Assembly (NCBI GenBank): GCA_046290225.1
Contig: JBKAGE010000046.1
Location: 28,505 to 92,504 of the forward strand
DNA from: Bradymonadia bacterium
GTDB taxonomy: Bacteria > Myxococcota_A > Bradymonadia > UBA7976 > UBA1532
DNA: 64,000 bases
Direction of reading: 5' to 3'
In this document: in pieces, positions 41,079-50,543 of the stretch
Layout: each line of letters opens with the position of its first letter
Position numbering within the stretch: the first letter of the stretch is position 1
Program-made: the position numbers and the translations under genes
Notes under the pieces: model-generated
Databases searched by the model: none
Seen by the model: the letters and a program-made list of their open reading frames with translations, nothing else
Told to the model about the DNA's origin: nothing

Positions 41079-42010
41079 TGGCGATGGAGCTTGGTCAGGT
41101 CTGGCTGGATGGCGCTCTGGTCCCACAGAGTGAGGCCATGGTGCCGATCACCACCCACACGCTGCACTACGGCTATGGGGTCTTCGAGGGCATCCGGGCC
41201 TACCAGCGTGCCGACGGCACGAGTCACATCTTCCGTCTCGAGGAGCACATCGTGCGTCTCTTCGAAAGCGCCAAGATTCTGGGCATGGAGATCCCCTACT
41301 CAGAAGGGCAGCTCATCGAGGCGTGCATCGAAACCCTCACCGCCAACAATCTCGCCAGCGGTTACCTGCGCCCCCTCGCCTTCCTCGGCCACGAAGCCAT
41401 GGGGCTCGGCGCCCTGGGCAACACCGTGCGGGTGGCCATCGCCGCCTGGGACTGGGGACCCTACCTCGGCGCGAAAGGCATGCAGCAGGGAATCCGTTGT
41501 AAAGTCAGCAGCTTCTCTCGTTTGCACCCCAATGTGAACATGGTGAAGGGAAAAATCTGCGGCCAGTATGTCAATTCTGTCATAGCGAAGCGAGAGGTCA
41601 TGAAGGCCGGGTATGATGAGGCCATCATGCTCGACACGCAAGGTTATGTCTGCGAATGCACCGGCGAGAACCTGTTCATGGTCAAAGGCGGTCAAATCAT
41701 CACCGCCCCCTATGGCGCCAGCATCCTCGGCGGCATCACCCGAGACACCGTGCTCACCCTCGCCCGTGACCTCGGCGTCGTGGTTCAGGAGCGCGGATTC
41801 ACCCGAGACGAGCTCTATGTGGCCGATGAGATCTTCCTCTGCGGCACCGCTGCGGAGATTACGCCGGTCCGCGAAGTCGACGACCGCACCGTAGGCGCCG
41901 GCCGCCCTGGCGAAGTCACCTCACTGATCTCAAAGAACTTTTTCGAGTGCCTCAAGGGAAGCACCGAGGCGTATGACCGCTGGCGGCACACCTACACTCT
42001 GCCGGGCTGA
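41075..42010 (+). CDS. ilvE: Branched-chain amino acid aminotransferase
   Basis: THTLHYGYGVFEGIRAY, KICGQYVNS, ECTGENLF, ILGGITRDTV, GTAAEITP. Confidence 0.95.
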   Translation: MMAMELGQVWLDGALVPQSEAMVPITTHTLHYGYGVFEGIRAYQRADGTSHIFRLEEHIVRLFESAKILGMEIPYSEGQLIEACIETLTANNLASGYLRPLAFLGHEAMGLGALGNTVRVAIAAWDWGPYLGAKGMQQGIRCKVSSFSRLHPNVNMVKGKICGQYVNSVIAKREVMKAGYDEAIMLDTQGYVCECTGENLFMVKGGQIITAPYGASILGGITRDTVLTLARDLGVVVQERGFTRDELYVADEIFLCGTAAEITPVREVDDRTVGAGRPGEVTSLISKNFFECLKGSTEAYDRWRHTYTLPG

Positions 42011-42072
42011 GTACAAGTCGGCACGCTCTTCGCAATACGGGGTGGTGACCTGAAGATTCCAGGAGCCAGCCT

Positions 42073-42834
42073 ATGCACGCCGAGTTCATCCGCAGCCTCG
42101 AACAACACCGCGCACTCACCCTGGCCCACCCCACAGTCCCGCTCCCTCAGCTCCCACTTCCGATCCTGACGTCGTGGATCTTCCACGACAACATGGTGGA
42201 GGGTCATCGATTCACCCCCACCGAGATTCACCAGGCCCTCACCGGTGACGACCAGGATCTCGACCGCTACCTCCACCCTCTGATGTCGCGCATCCGGCGC
42301 TATCGGGACACGGTGGAGTTCGTGAGAGTTCAGGCAGCTCGAGGCCAGGATGGGGTGACCCTCGACAACCTCAAGGCGATCCACAAACGCCTCACGCCCA
42401 ACTCTGCAGATCGCGGCGGCTTCTACCGGCGCACTTCCCCTGTTCATCGCGACTACTACCAGAAGATTTGTGGTGCCGATAAAGTGCCCTACCACCTGCG
42501 GCGACTCTTCGAACAGATCGACGCCGAGTGGGAGACCACGATGCACCCTGTGGCCTTCGCCGCAGAGATGCACCGCACCCTCATGCACATCTACCCCTTC
42601 CGGCGTAACCCGGGCACTGCCGCCCGCCTCTTCACCGACTTGTTGCTGATGTCTCGTGGTTACCCGCCGGTGATCATCCCTGCGCAGCTGCGACCGGAAT
42701 ACTATGCCGCGCTGGCGAGCCCCTCGTCTGACGATCTCATCCGCATCTTCCAGGGCTCGGTGCAGGGCTTCATGGACGCCATGGCCCGCATCCGCGCCGT
42801 GACCCCCGCCGACGGCGCTCCCATCACCGCCTGA
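42073..42834 (+). CDS. Fic-domain protein with degenerate active-site motif
   Basis: WIFHDNMVEG, LKAIHKRL, GFYR, AAEMHRTLMHIYPFRRNPGTAARL..LLMSRGYPP, YYAAL. Confidence 0.8.
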   Translation: MHAEFIRSLEQHRALTLAHPTVPLPQLPLPILTSWIFHDNMVEGHRFTPTEIHQALTGDDQDLDRYLHPLMSRIRRYRDTVEFVRVQAARGQDGVTLDNLKAIHKRLTPNSADRGGFYRRTSPVHRDYYQKICGADKVPYHLRRLFEQIDAEWETTMHPVAFAAEMHRTLMHIYPFRRNPGTAARLFTDLLLMSRGYPPVIIPAQLRPEYYAALASPSSDDLIRIFQGSVQGFMDAMARIRAVTPADGAPITA

Positions 42835-42851
42835 TCCCCGCGTAACGCCTT

Positions 42852-43418
42852 CTACTCTGGCCTCACCCAGAAGCTGTCCACCAGGCTCTGCCCCACTCGG
42901 GTGCAGTTGCGCCCTCTCAAGGTGCCGGCGAGGTTCTTGGCGTCGATCAAGGCCGCCCGCGACCGGCTGATGGTGAACCGCCCGTGGGGCTGAGGCGCCC
43001 TCTCTTGTGAGTAGTTGCCCTTTCGATCAGGCTTCACGTGGGTCTGTACGTCGTAGAAGATCAACGTCACCTCGTTGACCATGCGCAGGTCGTCCAGCAG
43101 AGGCTTCACCCCACCCGCGATGGCAAGGCGGCCCATGAGCAACCACTTCAGCCCATCACACCCCAGGGTGTCCCGGTTGTTTTTGGTCACGGGCCGCATG
43201 AACCAGATCTCAAGGCGATCCCCTTTGAGCTCGATGCGCTCGAACCCCTCTCGACGCTCGGGGGTCGTGAGGAAGATGCCCAGGTGCTTGGTCACCGCCT
43301 CGACGACGGGCCCCGAAGCCGTACTCCCCTTCGTATCGGCAGCCGAAGCGGTCCCTGTGGCAAGGATGAGCAGACAGCACGCCGCCATGGCGAGACCCCA
43401 GCAGCGAAGCTGTGGCAT
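42852..43418 (-). CDS. Secreted hypothetical protein
   Basis: Signal peptide (LLILATGTASA), two Cys in the mature part, plausible codon usage. Start uncertain. Confidence 0.6.
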   Translation of the reverse strand: MPQLRCWGLAMAACCLLILATGTASAADTKGSTASGPVVEAVTKHLGIFLTTPERREGFERIELKGDRLEIWFMRPVTKNNRDTLGCDGLKWLLMGRLAIAGGVKPLLDDLRMVNEVTLIFYDVQTHVKPDRKGNYSQERAPQPHGRFTISRSRAALIDAKNLAGTLRGRNCTRVGQSLVDSFWVRPE

Positions 43419-43448
43419 TGCGGACCGATTTCCGACAGACTTCGGGGC

Positions 43449-44300
43449 ATGATCACCCTGCAGCCCAGGCACACCCGACATCACGTATCCTCTCTTCGGC
43501 GATCCCGATGGGGTCGGGTGCCTCTTTCACTGTGTGTGCTGTTCCTGACAAGTCTCGGCCTGTGCCTCTCTGCAGAGGCCGCCGACCAACAGGATACACT
43601 GAAGCGCGCCCGGATGCGCCAGGGGGTGTGGCTTGGAGGTGGCGCCACCACCGGTCGGCTCAAGCTGGTCTCCGACAGCACCATCTCCACCATCGACGTC
43701 AACGCGCTGTCGGTGGTCTCTCTCGGCGCCGACATCTGGACCGAAGAGCAGCAGGGTCTGTACATCGGCCTGACCACGGGCACCAGCGCCGACATCATCT
43801 CCCAGCAACGTCGGCTGTTGATCCCCTACAACGCCCACCAGCTCGAGCTCGGAGGCCGCTACCGCTGGTTCTTCGGGCCCAAAGCCACTGATGGCGCCTT
43901 TGTGCTGGGCCTCGGCGTGCGCGGGCTGCACCAGACCACGCAGCCACACCCCAACTCCATCGTCACCGGCTCTACAGCGGTCGGCCCGGAGCTGTCTCTG
44001 ACATACGAGCAGCCTTTGGGCACCAGCTTCTGGCTTCGCCTCACCGGCCGTGGGGGTCTGCCCTTCTTCTACCGGGAAGATCCCACCGACTCCGGTGATC
44101 CACAGGACTTCCTTCAGGTGGGTGGACGCCTCGATCTGGTCTGGGCCGCCTTCGGTGACTGGGGCTTTCAGTTGACTGTGGACTTCGTACGGCAGGAAGT
44201 GAGCTTCCTCGGCGAAGGTACACGTTCGGTGGGGGTGCGAAGCGCTGAGGTGACTGACCAGTTCGTCACGGGCCACCTGAACCTGAGGCGCGCTTTCTGA
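43449..44300 (+). CDS. Putative outer-membrane beta-barrel protein
   Basis: Signal peptide (LGLCLSAEA), Gly/aromatic alternating strands, C-terminal Phe. Start uncertain. Confidence 0.6.
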   Translation: MITLQPRHTRHHVSSLRRSRWGRVPLSLCVLFLTSLGLCLSAEAADQQDTLKRARMRQGVWLGGGATTGRLKLVSDSTISTIDVNALSVVSLGADIWTEEQQGLYIGLTTGTSADIISQQRRLLIPYNAHQLELGGRYRWFFGPKATDGAFVLGLGVRGLHQTTQPHPNSIVTGSTAVGPELSLTYEQPLGTSFWLRLTGRGGLPFFYREDPTDSGDPQDFLQVGGRLDLVWAAFGDWGFQLTVDFVRQEVSFLGEGTRSVGVRSAEVTDQFVTGHLNLRRAF

Positions 44301-44339
44301 TCGACGTCGAGTCGTCTACTTGAGCCCGACCAGATGGGC

Positions 44340-45386
44340 CTAGATTTCTTTGGACTTCACCCCGTTGAGGACCACCCCGAGGATGCGATCCTTGCCGAGG
44401 CGCTCTGCAGCCTTGTTCATCACGTTCACGGGGGTGCTGTTGGCCTTGAACACCATGAACACCCCATCGACCTTCTGCTTGATCACCAACACATCGTCAC
44501 TGCTGGCCACTGAAGGGCAGTCGATGATGATCAGATCGAAGGACTCGTAGAGCCGGTTGAGGAACAGGTCGAACTGCGAGGAGTTGAGCACATTCATGCT
44601 CTGCTCGTAGTGACCCCCGGTGTGCAACATATAGAGGTTACGCCCTTCGAGCTTGCGGAACGCCCGATCGAAGCTCACTCGACCTGCGAGCAAGTGCAAC
44701 AGCCCGGGATCTTCATCGCCGGCCTGCATGAGCCGCCCGAGCTCGGGGTTGCGGAAGTTGAGATCGATGAGGGCCACCTTCAGCCATGGATTCTCGCTCA
44801 TCACCATGGCCAGGTTGATGGCCGTGGTGGTGCGACCTTCGCCGTCTCGGGCGCTGGTGACGGCGATGGAGCGATACCGCAGACGATCGATGATCTCTTC
44901 TACCTGGATCTTGAGCAGCCGGAACTGACTCAACGCCCCGTGCTCGGGCTCGTCGACGGCGAGAATGCCCGTCTGAAACGTCTGGAGGGCGATCTCGGGG
45001 GTGACCTCGGTGGAGATCGGCTGCGCAGTCGCCGGTCGATGGGCCTTGGTGGGCGGCTCGTCGAGGCCATCGACGGCGATCAGCCCATCGAAGGTGGGCT
45101 CGTCGTGATCTCCACGGGCGGAGGTGGCGAGGGCATATCGTTGTGTCGGCGGGTCGAGGTTCGGCCCCGGGTGCTCTTCGGGATCTGGCACCCCCACCAC
45201 AGGGCGACCGACCACGGCGCTGATGTCGAAGAGTTCGAGTGAATCCTGCTCTTCAGCCTCTGTGGCGATGTCCACCATGCTGTCGTAGGTAAACGTCATC
45301 TCTTCCGCTTCTGCAGCGGTGGACGCCTCCCCAGAATCTTCCACGCCGGACGCTTCGTCAGCAGCCGGGTAGATTTTGTTGGACAT
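44340..45386 (-). CDS. Stand-alone CpsD/CapB-like BY-kinase domain protein (probable pseudokinase) with acidic N-terminal extension
   Basis: QFRLLK, IAVTSARDGEGRTTTAINLA, LIDLNFRNP, IIIDCPS, ILGVVLN. No Tyr cluster. Confidence 0.8.
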   Translation of the reverse strand: MSNKIYPAADEASGVEDSGEASTAAEAEEMTFTYDSMVDIATEAEEQDSLELFDISAVVGRPVVGVPDPEEHPGPNLDPPTQRYALATSARGDHDEPTFDGLIAVDGLDEPPTKAHRPATAQPISTEVTPEIALQTFQTGILAVDEPEHGALSQFRLLKIQVEEIIDRLRYRSIAVTSARDGEGRTTTAINLAMVMSENPWLKVALIDLNFRNPELGRLMQAGDEDPGLLHLLAGRVSFDRAFRKLEGRNLYMLHTGGHYEQSMNVLNSSQFDLFLNRLYESFDLIIIDCPSVASSDDVLVIKQKVDGVFMVFKANSTPVNVMNKAAERLGKDRILGVVLNGVKSKEI

Positions 45387-45682
45387 GTTGCTCACCTGAC
45401 GATGCAGGGCACCGCCATCTGGATCCCTGAGTCGCCCACTCCCTCCGAAGGCCACGCAGTTGGATCCGCTCCCGCCGATACAAAGCCTCGACCATCATCA
45501 CAAGAGGTAGATGACGAGGTCAAAATATCGGAAGCACTGCGTGTACCACAACCACGGTACGTTGAGCAGTCCCCATTGGGTGAGATTGCGTTCCCCTCTG
45601 GGGGCACCTACACTCCCGTATCGTCGACCTCCGGACAAAAATCGAGCCGCTCAGGCCATTTCATCTCCAGGGACCCCCCTAC

Positions 45683-47818
45683 ATGTACCCATCGTGCTCT
45701 CGATCTCTGACAGCTCTGACCACACGTCGGGGCAGTGTCAACCACGACAGTCGCCGGTGGCTGATCTGGGCATTGCTCGCGTTCCTCTGTGGCTGCGCCG
45801 CTGAAGGACCCGAGGAGCAGTTCAACCGGGAGTCGAAGGCCATCACCGGCGACTATGTGATGCCGATCAGGGCCATGCGGTACTCCGTCGATGGCCGACA
45901 GCTGCTCGCCAGCGACGACGAAGGCCGGGTCTACAGCTTCGATCTGACCTCGGGTCAGGAGAGCGTGATCCACACCGGGCACAATACGTCGGTCATCGAC
46001 ATGCAGCTCGGTCGGGATGGTCGCCTGGTCTCCTTCGGGCTCGACGGTGCCATCCGCGTGCTCAACGTCCGGCAGACCGAAGTCCAGTCCCGTGCACGAC
46101 TGCCAGAGGAGCCGGCGAGCCTGCTTCTGGTGAACCCCTCTGGCGGTGAGGGGCTGCTCCTCGCAGGCCGCACGCCGCGCAAGAAGGGCCCCACTTTCTG
46201 CAGCCCCCAGGGCGAGCCGCTCTATCTGGTGGACCACCGCGGCGAGGTCATGAAGTACGGCTTCCGCTCTGGCGCCGCCCGGTGTGTCGCCTGGGGCCAC
46301 GACGGACAGCACTACGCCTATGTTGAAGGGCGGTTCCTCATCTCTGCCAACTGGTTCGGCCGTCGCACCGTGTTCCGCGCGCTGCTGCCCAACGCCGAAG
46401 ACGTACAGGGCGTGGCGGTGACCAACGATGGCCTGCGTGCTGCGGCGATCACGCGGGGGGAGCTGCGACTGTACGAGCTCAACAACCCTGATCCGGTGCA
46501 CGTGCTCGGCCGCAAGGTCATCAGCAACCGTTCGCTCCCGGTCCTGTTCACCCCCGACGATCAGTCGATCATCGCCCTGCTCCCCGACATCGTCGAGCCC
46601 GGGCGCTACAACCTCGATCGGTACAACGCCCAGACCGGGCAGCTCGAAGCGCGCCTCTTCGCCAATGTGCCCGAGAGCCTCATCGCCGTGGCGGTCTCGC
46701 CCGATGGCAATCAGGTGGCGCTGGCCGAGCGGGGTGGTCGCATTCACCGCGCCCGCACCTCCGATGGCGAGCCCATCGGCAACCTCGAAGCCAAGACTTG
46801 GCTCGGGGGTGGCGCGGCGATCTCCCAGGACGGCCGCCGCATCGCCACGTGTTGGCAGTCCGAGGTGCAGATCAGGGCCACCGACTCCGGCCGCGTCGAG
46901 GGCCAGTTCACCGTGTCTGATCTCGAGTGCCTCAGAGACTTCCCCATCGCCCTCGGTCCTGCCGGTGAAGTGGTGCTCCTGGGCACGGACGCCAAGACAC
47001 AGCCCTTCCAGGCCTTCGATCGGCAAGGCCGCGGTCGCGCCACATACGATCGGCCCGCCAATACCACGGTCCACCACCCGGTCTTCTCCCAGAACGGTCA
47101 GTGGGTCTCGGCTCTCGTACTCTCCGGGGATCTGGGGCGGGTCTATATCTGGCCAGTCCGTGGAGGCGCCCCTACGGCAGAGATGGTCCTCCCGCCCATC
47201 GGCAGCATCCGCGATCTTGTCGTCACCAACGATGGCCGTCAGGCGTTCATCTCCATGGGGCGTACCCACTCAGACGGCACCCTCGTCGGTGAGGTCATCG
47301 GCCTCAACGGAAACACAGGCCTGAACTGGACAGCCCAGGGCCCCGACTTCTGGCTCACGGGCAAGCTGGCCCTCACCCCCGACGAGCGCTTCATCCTCTT
47401 CACCAGCGAAGCCGACGAGGGTTTGATTCTCGACACCCGGAGCGGCGAGGTCATCGCGCGCCTGGTCAACAGCGCTGACACCGTCTGGACCTTTGCCCGC
47501 TTCGGCACTGTGGGCGCTTTCTCGGTCTTGCCCGAGTTCGAGGATCAGACCCCGCGACAGCCGAGGCACTACCTGAACGCCATCGCCGTCAACCCTCAGG
47601 GCGATCGTGTGGCCATCGCCGGCTACAACCAGTCCAACCGTCAGGCCATGCTCGAGGTCTTCGACCTCACCGATGGTGATCTGCTCGCCGTCTACCCTTT
47701 GCGGACGTACCCTCGAGCGCTGCACTTCGACGGGCAGCGTATCCTGACCCCTGGTGTCGCCGTGCCCGAGGGCGACTTCACCCTGTTCAACCTCACAGAC
47801 CGACGGATGGCTCCATGA
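45683..47818 (+). CDS. WD40/beta-propeller lipoprotein
   Basis: Lipobox FLCGC, repeats such as YSVDGRQLLAS, TGHNTSVIDM..SFGLDGAIRV, AVSPDGNQVALA, ISQDGRRIAT. Confidence 0.8.
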   Translation: MYPSCSRSLTALTTRRGSVNHDSRRWLIWALLAFLCGCAAEGPEEQFNRESKAITGDYVMPIRAMRYSVDGRQLLASDDEGRVYSFDLTSGQESVIHTGHNTSVIDMQLGRDGRLVSFGLDGAIRVLNVRQTEVQSRARLPEEPASLLLVNPSGGEGLLLAGRTPRKKGPTFCSPQGEPLYLVDHRGEVMKYGFRSGAARCVAWGHDGQHYAYVEGRFLISANWFGRRTVFRALLPNAEDVQGVAVTNDGLRAAAITRGELRLYELNNPDPVHVLGRKVISNRSLPVLFTPDDQSIIALLPDIVEPGRYNLDRYNAQTGQLEARLFANVPESLIAVAVSPDGNQVALAERGGRIHRARTSDGEPIGNLEAKTWLGGGAAISQDGRRIATCWQSEVQIRATDSGRVEGQFTVSDLECLRDFPIALGPAGEVVLLGTDAKTQPFQAFDRQGRGRATYDRPANTTVHHPVFSQNGQWVSALVLSGDLGRVYIWPVRGGAPTAEMVLPPIGSIRDLVVTNDGRQAFISMGRTHSDGTLVGEVIGLNGNTGLNWTAQGPDFWLTGKLALTPDERFILFTSEADEGLILDTRSGEVIARLVNSADTVWTFARFGTVGAFSVLPEFEDQTPRQPRHYLNAIAVNPQGDRVAIAGYNQSNRQAMLEVFDLTDGDLLAVYPLRTYPRALHFDGQRILTPGVAVPEGDFTLFNLTDRRMAP

Positions 47819-48546
47819 AGATGCGCGTGTTGGTCCCCGGCCTCCTGATCCCCGGCGGGGGGTACATGGTGTTGGGCGCCTACAGACAAGGGCTCGCTTT
47901 TTTGAGCATCGGGCTCCTCGTCGCAGCCCTGTGGACTGATCTGTTCACCCAGTTCCGCTTCGGGCTGTTGCTCTTCTGGGGGGTCTTGAGCCTCGCGGGC
48001 ATCCTCGGCGCTGAGCAAGTGGAGCGGTACGATCTTGGCGAAGGCCTGGGCATCGCCTGGATCATCAACGGCACCTTCATCCTGGTGGGGCTGGGCCTCG
48101 CCCTGGGCTTCGTGCTGAAGTTCACCCATCTGCTCTCCGATGGCACCCAGGGCCCGGTGAACCTCGATCGTGCACGCTATTTGTTGCTCATCGGTGAAAT
48201 GACCGCTTACAGCCTCGGGGGCATCGTCCTCGGCATCGTACAGGCGCAGGGCGCGCCCCGCACCGCAGCGTGGAGCGCCGTTCTCGCCATCGGCTGGTCG
48301 CTCATCAAGGGCATCAACGAGGTGGGGGTGGAGCAAGGCATCAGCTTGCTCCAAGACCGCTGGGTGCAGATGCTCTTCTTGTACCTGATGTGTTTGATCT
48401 CGGCGGTGATGTCCGCCTGGGTGGCCAGCTATGTCACCGCCCGCTGGCGTCGCCAGCAGGCCACCCCCCACGTGAAGTTGATCCACCCACCCCCCGTGAG
48501 CCCCAGCAGGGCGATTCAGCTCAAAGGCCCGACGGACGAGTCTTGA
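47815..48546 (+). CDS. Multi-pass membrane protein, hypothetical
   Basis: About 6-7 hydrophobic segments. ATGA overlap with the upstream gene. Confidence 0.65.
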   Translation: MKMRVLVPGLLIPGGGYMVLGAYRQGLAFLSIGLLVAALWTDLFTQFRFGLLLFWGVLSLAGILGAEQVERYDLGEGLGIAWIINGTFILVGLGLALGFVLKFTHLLSDGTQGPVNLDRARYLLLIGEMTAYSLGGIVLGIVQAQGAPRTAAWSAVLAIGWSLIKGINEVGVEQGISLLQDRWVQMLFLYLMCLISAVMSAWVASYVTARWRRQQATPHVKLIHPPPVSPSRAIQLKGPTDES

Positions 48547-48574
48547 GCCTGCCCTCTCGCAGGATGATCAGCCT

Positions 48575-49684
48575 TCAGCCCCGCGTATGCCACGCGGACA
48601 TCAGACCTGCCCGGGCCTGCTCCAGATCTTCAGGGCTCTTCACAGGCACAAAGCGCGTCGTCTCGCCCTCCCGAGGCACCTTCACGAAGGCTGAGGGCAA
48701 GAAGGCCGTCATCTGACCCACCAGACGCTCGAACTGGATCACCGGCGCCCCCCCGGCCTTCTTCTTCACCATGAACCAGGTCAGCTCTGGCGACTCGGCG
48801 AGGGACTGCGCATCGAACCACAGCGTGTTGGTGTTGAAGACAGGGATCGAAGACTGATCGAACCCTTCGGGGAACCGGAACCCTTCGACGATTTGCAGGT
48901 GGCCGTCCACAGTGGCCGGCGCGCCGCCTGCATCACCGGCGAACTTCTGCACCACCTCCACCGAGATCTGCTGTGCCCCAGCGAGGTGCCAGCCCACGAG
49001 GGTGGGATCGAGGGTCGCCACGACGTTGTCGACGTTGCTCATCATCAGTAGACGGCCGCCACCGGCCATGAACTTCTCCAGCAGGCCGCTGCGCTTGATG
49101 CAGGTGGCGAGATCACCATGGCCAGGGCCATAAAACGACGGCTGGCCTTCAGCATCTTTGAAGATCTCACCTTCCGGTGTCAGCCGCACCGCCCATTGCT
49201 GCTCGAAGCACCAGACCTTGTCGCTGGGGTAGCCGAACCAGTTGTTCTCTTCGAGATGCGCGAGGGTGGCTGCGTGGGTGGCCTTGCTGTTCATCAAAAT
49301 CACCGGCGGCGGCTCACCACCAGCGGCCTTGGCCACCCGCAACGCGTCGAGAAGCTTGAGGGCGAGGAACGAGTGCTCGCCATCGACCTTCACCACCCCC
49401 TTCACCACCCCGCCGAAACGGGTGGCCATGCCCCCATTGAGCACCACTGAGGCGACCTGGCCCGCAGCGATGGCCGCCAGACCCGCAGCGCGGTGGCTTT
49501 GGTCTGGCCACTGATGAATCTGCCCGTCGGCGGGCGGCGTCGGATCAGCGCTCAGGCGATTGTGCTCGGGGCTCATGTCACCGGCGAGCATTTGATCGCG
49601 CAGGTGGGCGAGCACGGCGAGGCCGGGCCCCGCAGATTCCAACAGCTCAACATGCTCGGGGAGAAGGTGGGCGTCGAAACTCAT
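48575..49684 (-). CDS. UDPGP-family (eukaryote-like) UTP--sugar-1-phosphate uridylyltransferase
   Basis: LNGGMATRFGGVVKG, ILMNS..TH, FEQ, YGPGHGD, SNVDNVVA, FNTNTLW, RFVPVKS. AGGAG RBS. Confidence 0.88.
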   Translation of the reverse strand: MSFDAHLLPEHVELLESAGPGLAVLAHLRDQMLAGDMSPEHNRLSADPTPPADGQIHQWPDQSHRAAGLAAIAAGQVASVVLNGGMATRFGGVVKGVVKVDGEHSFLALKLLDALRVAKAAGGEPPPVILMNSKATHAATLAHLEENNWFGYPSDKVWCFEQQWAVRLTPEGEIFKDAEGQPSFYGPGHGDLATCIKRSGLLEKFMAGGGRLLMMSNVDNVVATLDPTLVGWHLAGAQQISVEVVQKFAGDAGGAPATVDGHLQIVEGFRFPEGFDQSSIPVFNTNTLWFDAQSLAESPELTWFMVKKKAGGAPVIQFERLVGQMTAFLPSAFVKVPREGETTRFVPVKSPEDLEQARAGLMSAWHTRG

Positions 49685-49744
49685 GATGCTCCTGTGTGAG
49701 GGTGGTCGAGGGATCATGGAGCCTGCCCCACCCCCCCGATCAAG

Positions 49745-50413
49745 TCAACGCAACGCCCAGTGTCGATGACCCGAGATCAGGAGCACCCGCTCGATGGGCA
49801 ACCCCACGAGAGAGGCCCCCTGCATCAACCGCTCGGCCACCGCCTTCTCTTCATCTCGTGGCTTGCCCGAGGGGCGGATCGCCACCACCCACCATGCATC
49901 TGAGCTCGGCGCCTGAAGCAGCCGCGCGAGGAGAGCTCCAGGGCGGGTGTGGGCGCCTAGATCCTCACCGAGAGCCAGCGTCACCGGTGCCCGCCCTGGC
50001 TCTGGGCAGTAGCCCAGTACAGCCGTCTCCCCTGTGGGGATCTGACCCCGCATACGGGCCACACACAGCTCGATGGGATCGGGCGCAGGCTCAGGGGCTG
50101 GCTCAGACGTAGGCCGTGGAGACTCAACATGCATCCGGCGGCTCAGCTCGCACAACGCACGTAAGCGGGCACCCTTCGCGGGGCCAATGCCCGAGATCGA
50201 GAGGAGCGCGCCCATCTGCATCAAGGGCAGACAGCTCAGTCCACCCACTGTGGCCAGCAAGCGCTCAGCGAGCATCAACGCGTCTTCACCGCTGCCCCTG
50301 CCCGTACCCAGAATGAGCGCCAGCAGTTCTGCATCTTCGAGGGTGTCGGATCCGGCGTCGAGCAGGCGCTCCCGTGGGCGCATGTGGGCAGGCAGTTGTT
50401 TCAAGCTGACCAT
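49745..50413 (-). CDS. radC: RadC/UPF0758-like protein with degenerate JAB domain
   Basis: RPRERLL..L.DAELLALILGTG, HhH GIGPAKG. C-terminus VVAIRPSG in place of HNHPSG. Confidence 0.75.
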   Translation of the reverse strand: MVSLKQLPAHMRPRERLLDAGSDTLEDAELLALILGTGRGSGEDALMLAERLLATVGGLSCLPLMQMGALLSISGIGPAKGARLRALCELSRRMHVESPRPTSEPAPEPAPDPIELCVARMRGQIPTGETAVLGYCPEPGRAPVTLALGEDLGAHTRPGALLARLLQAPSSDAWWVVAIRPSGKPRDEEKAVAERLMQGASLVGLPIERVLLISGHRHWALR

Positions 50414-50543
50414 GAGGCTCTCCTGTGTGGTGTGATCGATGAGAGATACACACCAGGGCCTCAGGTGATTCCGTGTTTTTTGCAGGGCGCTACAGCAGGC
50501 ATAGAGCCGAGGGCACGCTCAGCATATCGAGCGCTCAGGGATG

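Noticed and set aside
41490..41600. Lower-GC patch inside ilvE
   Set aside because: The protein sequence is normal and no clear promoter or repeat is visible, so it is too weak to interpret.
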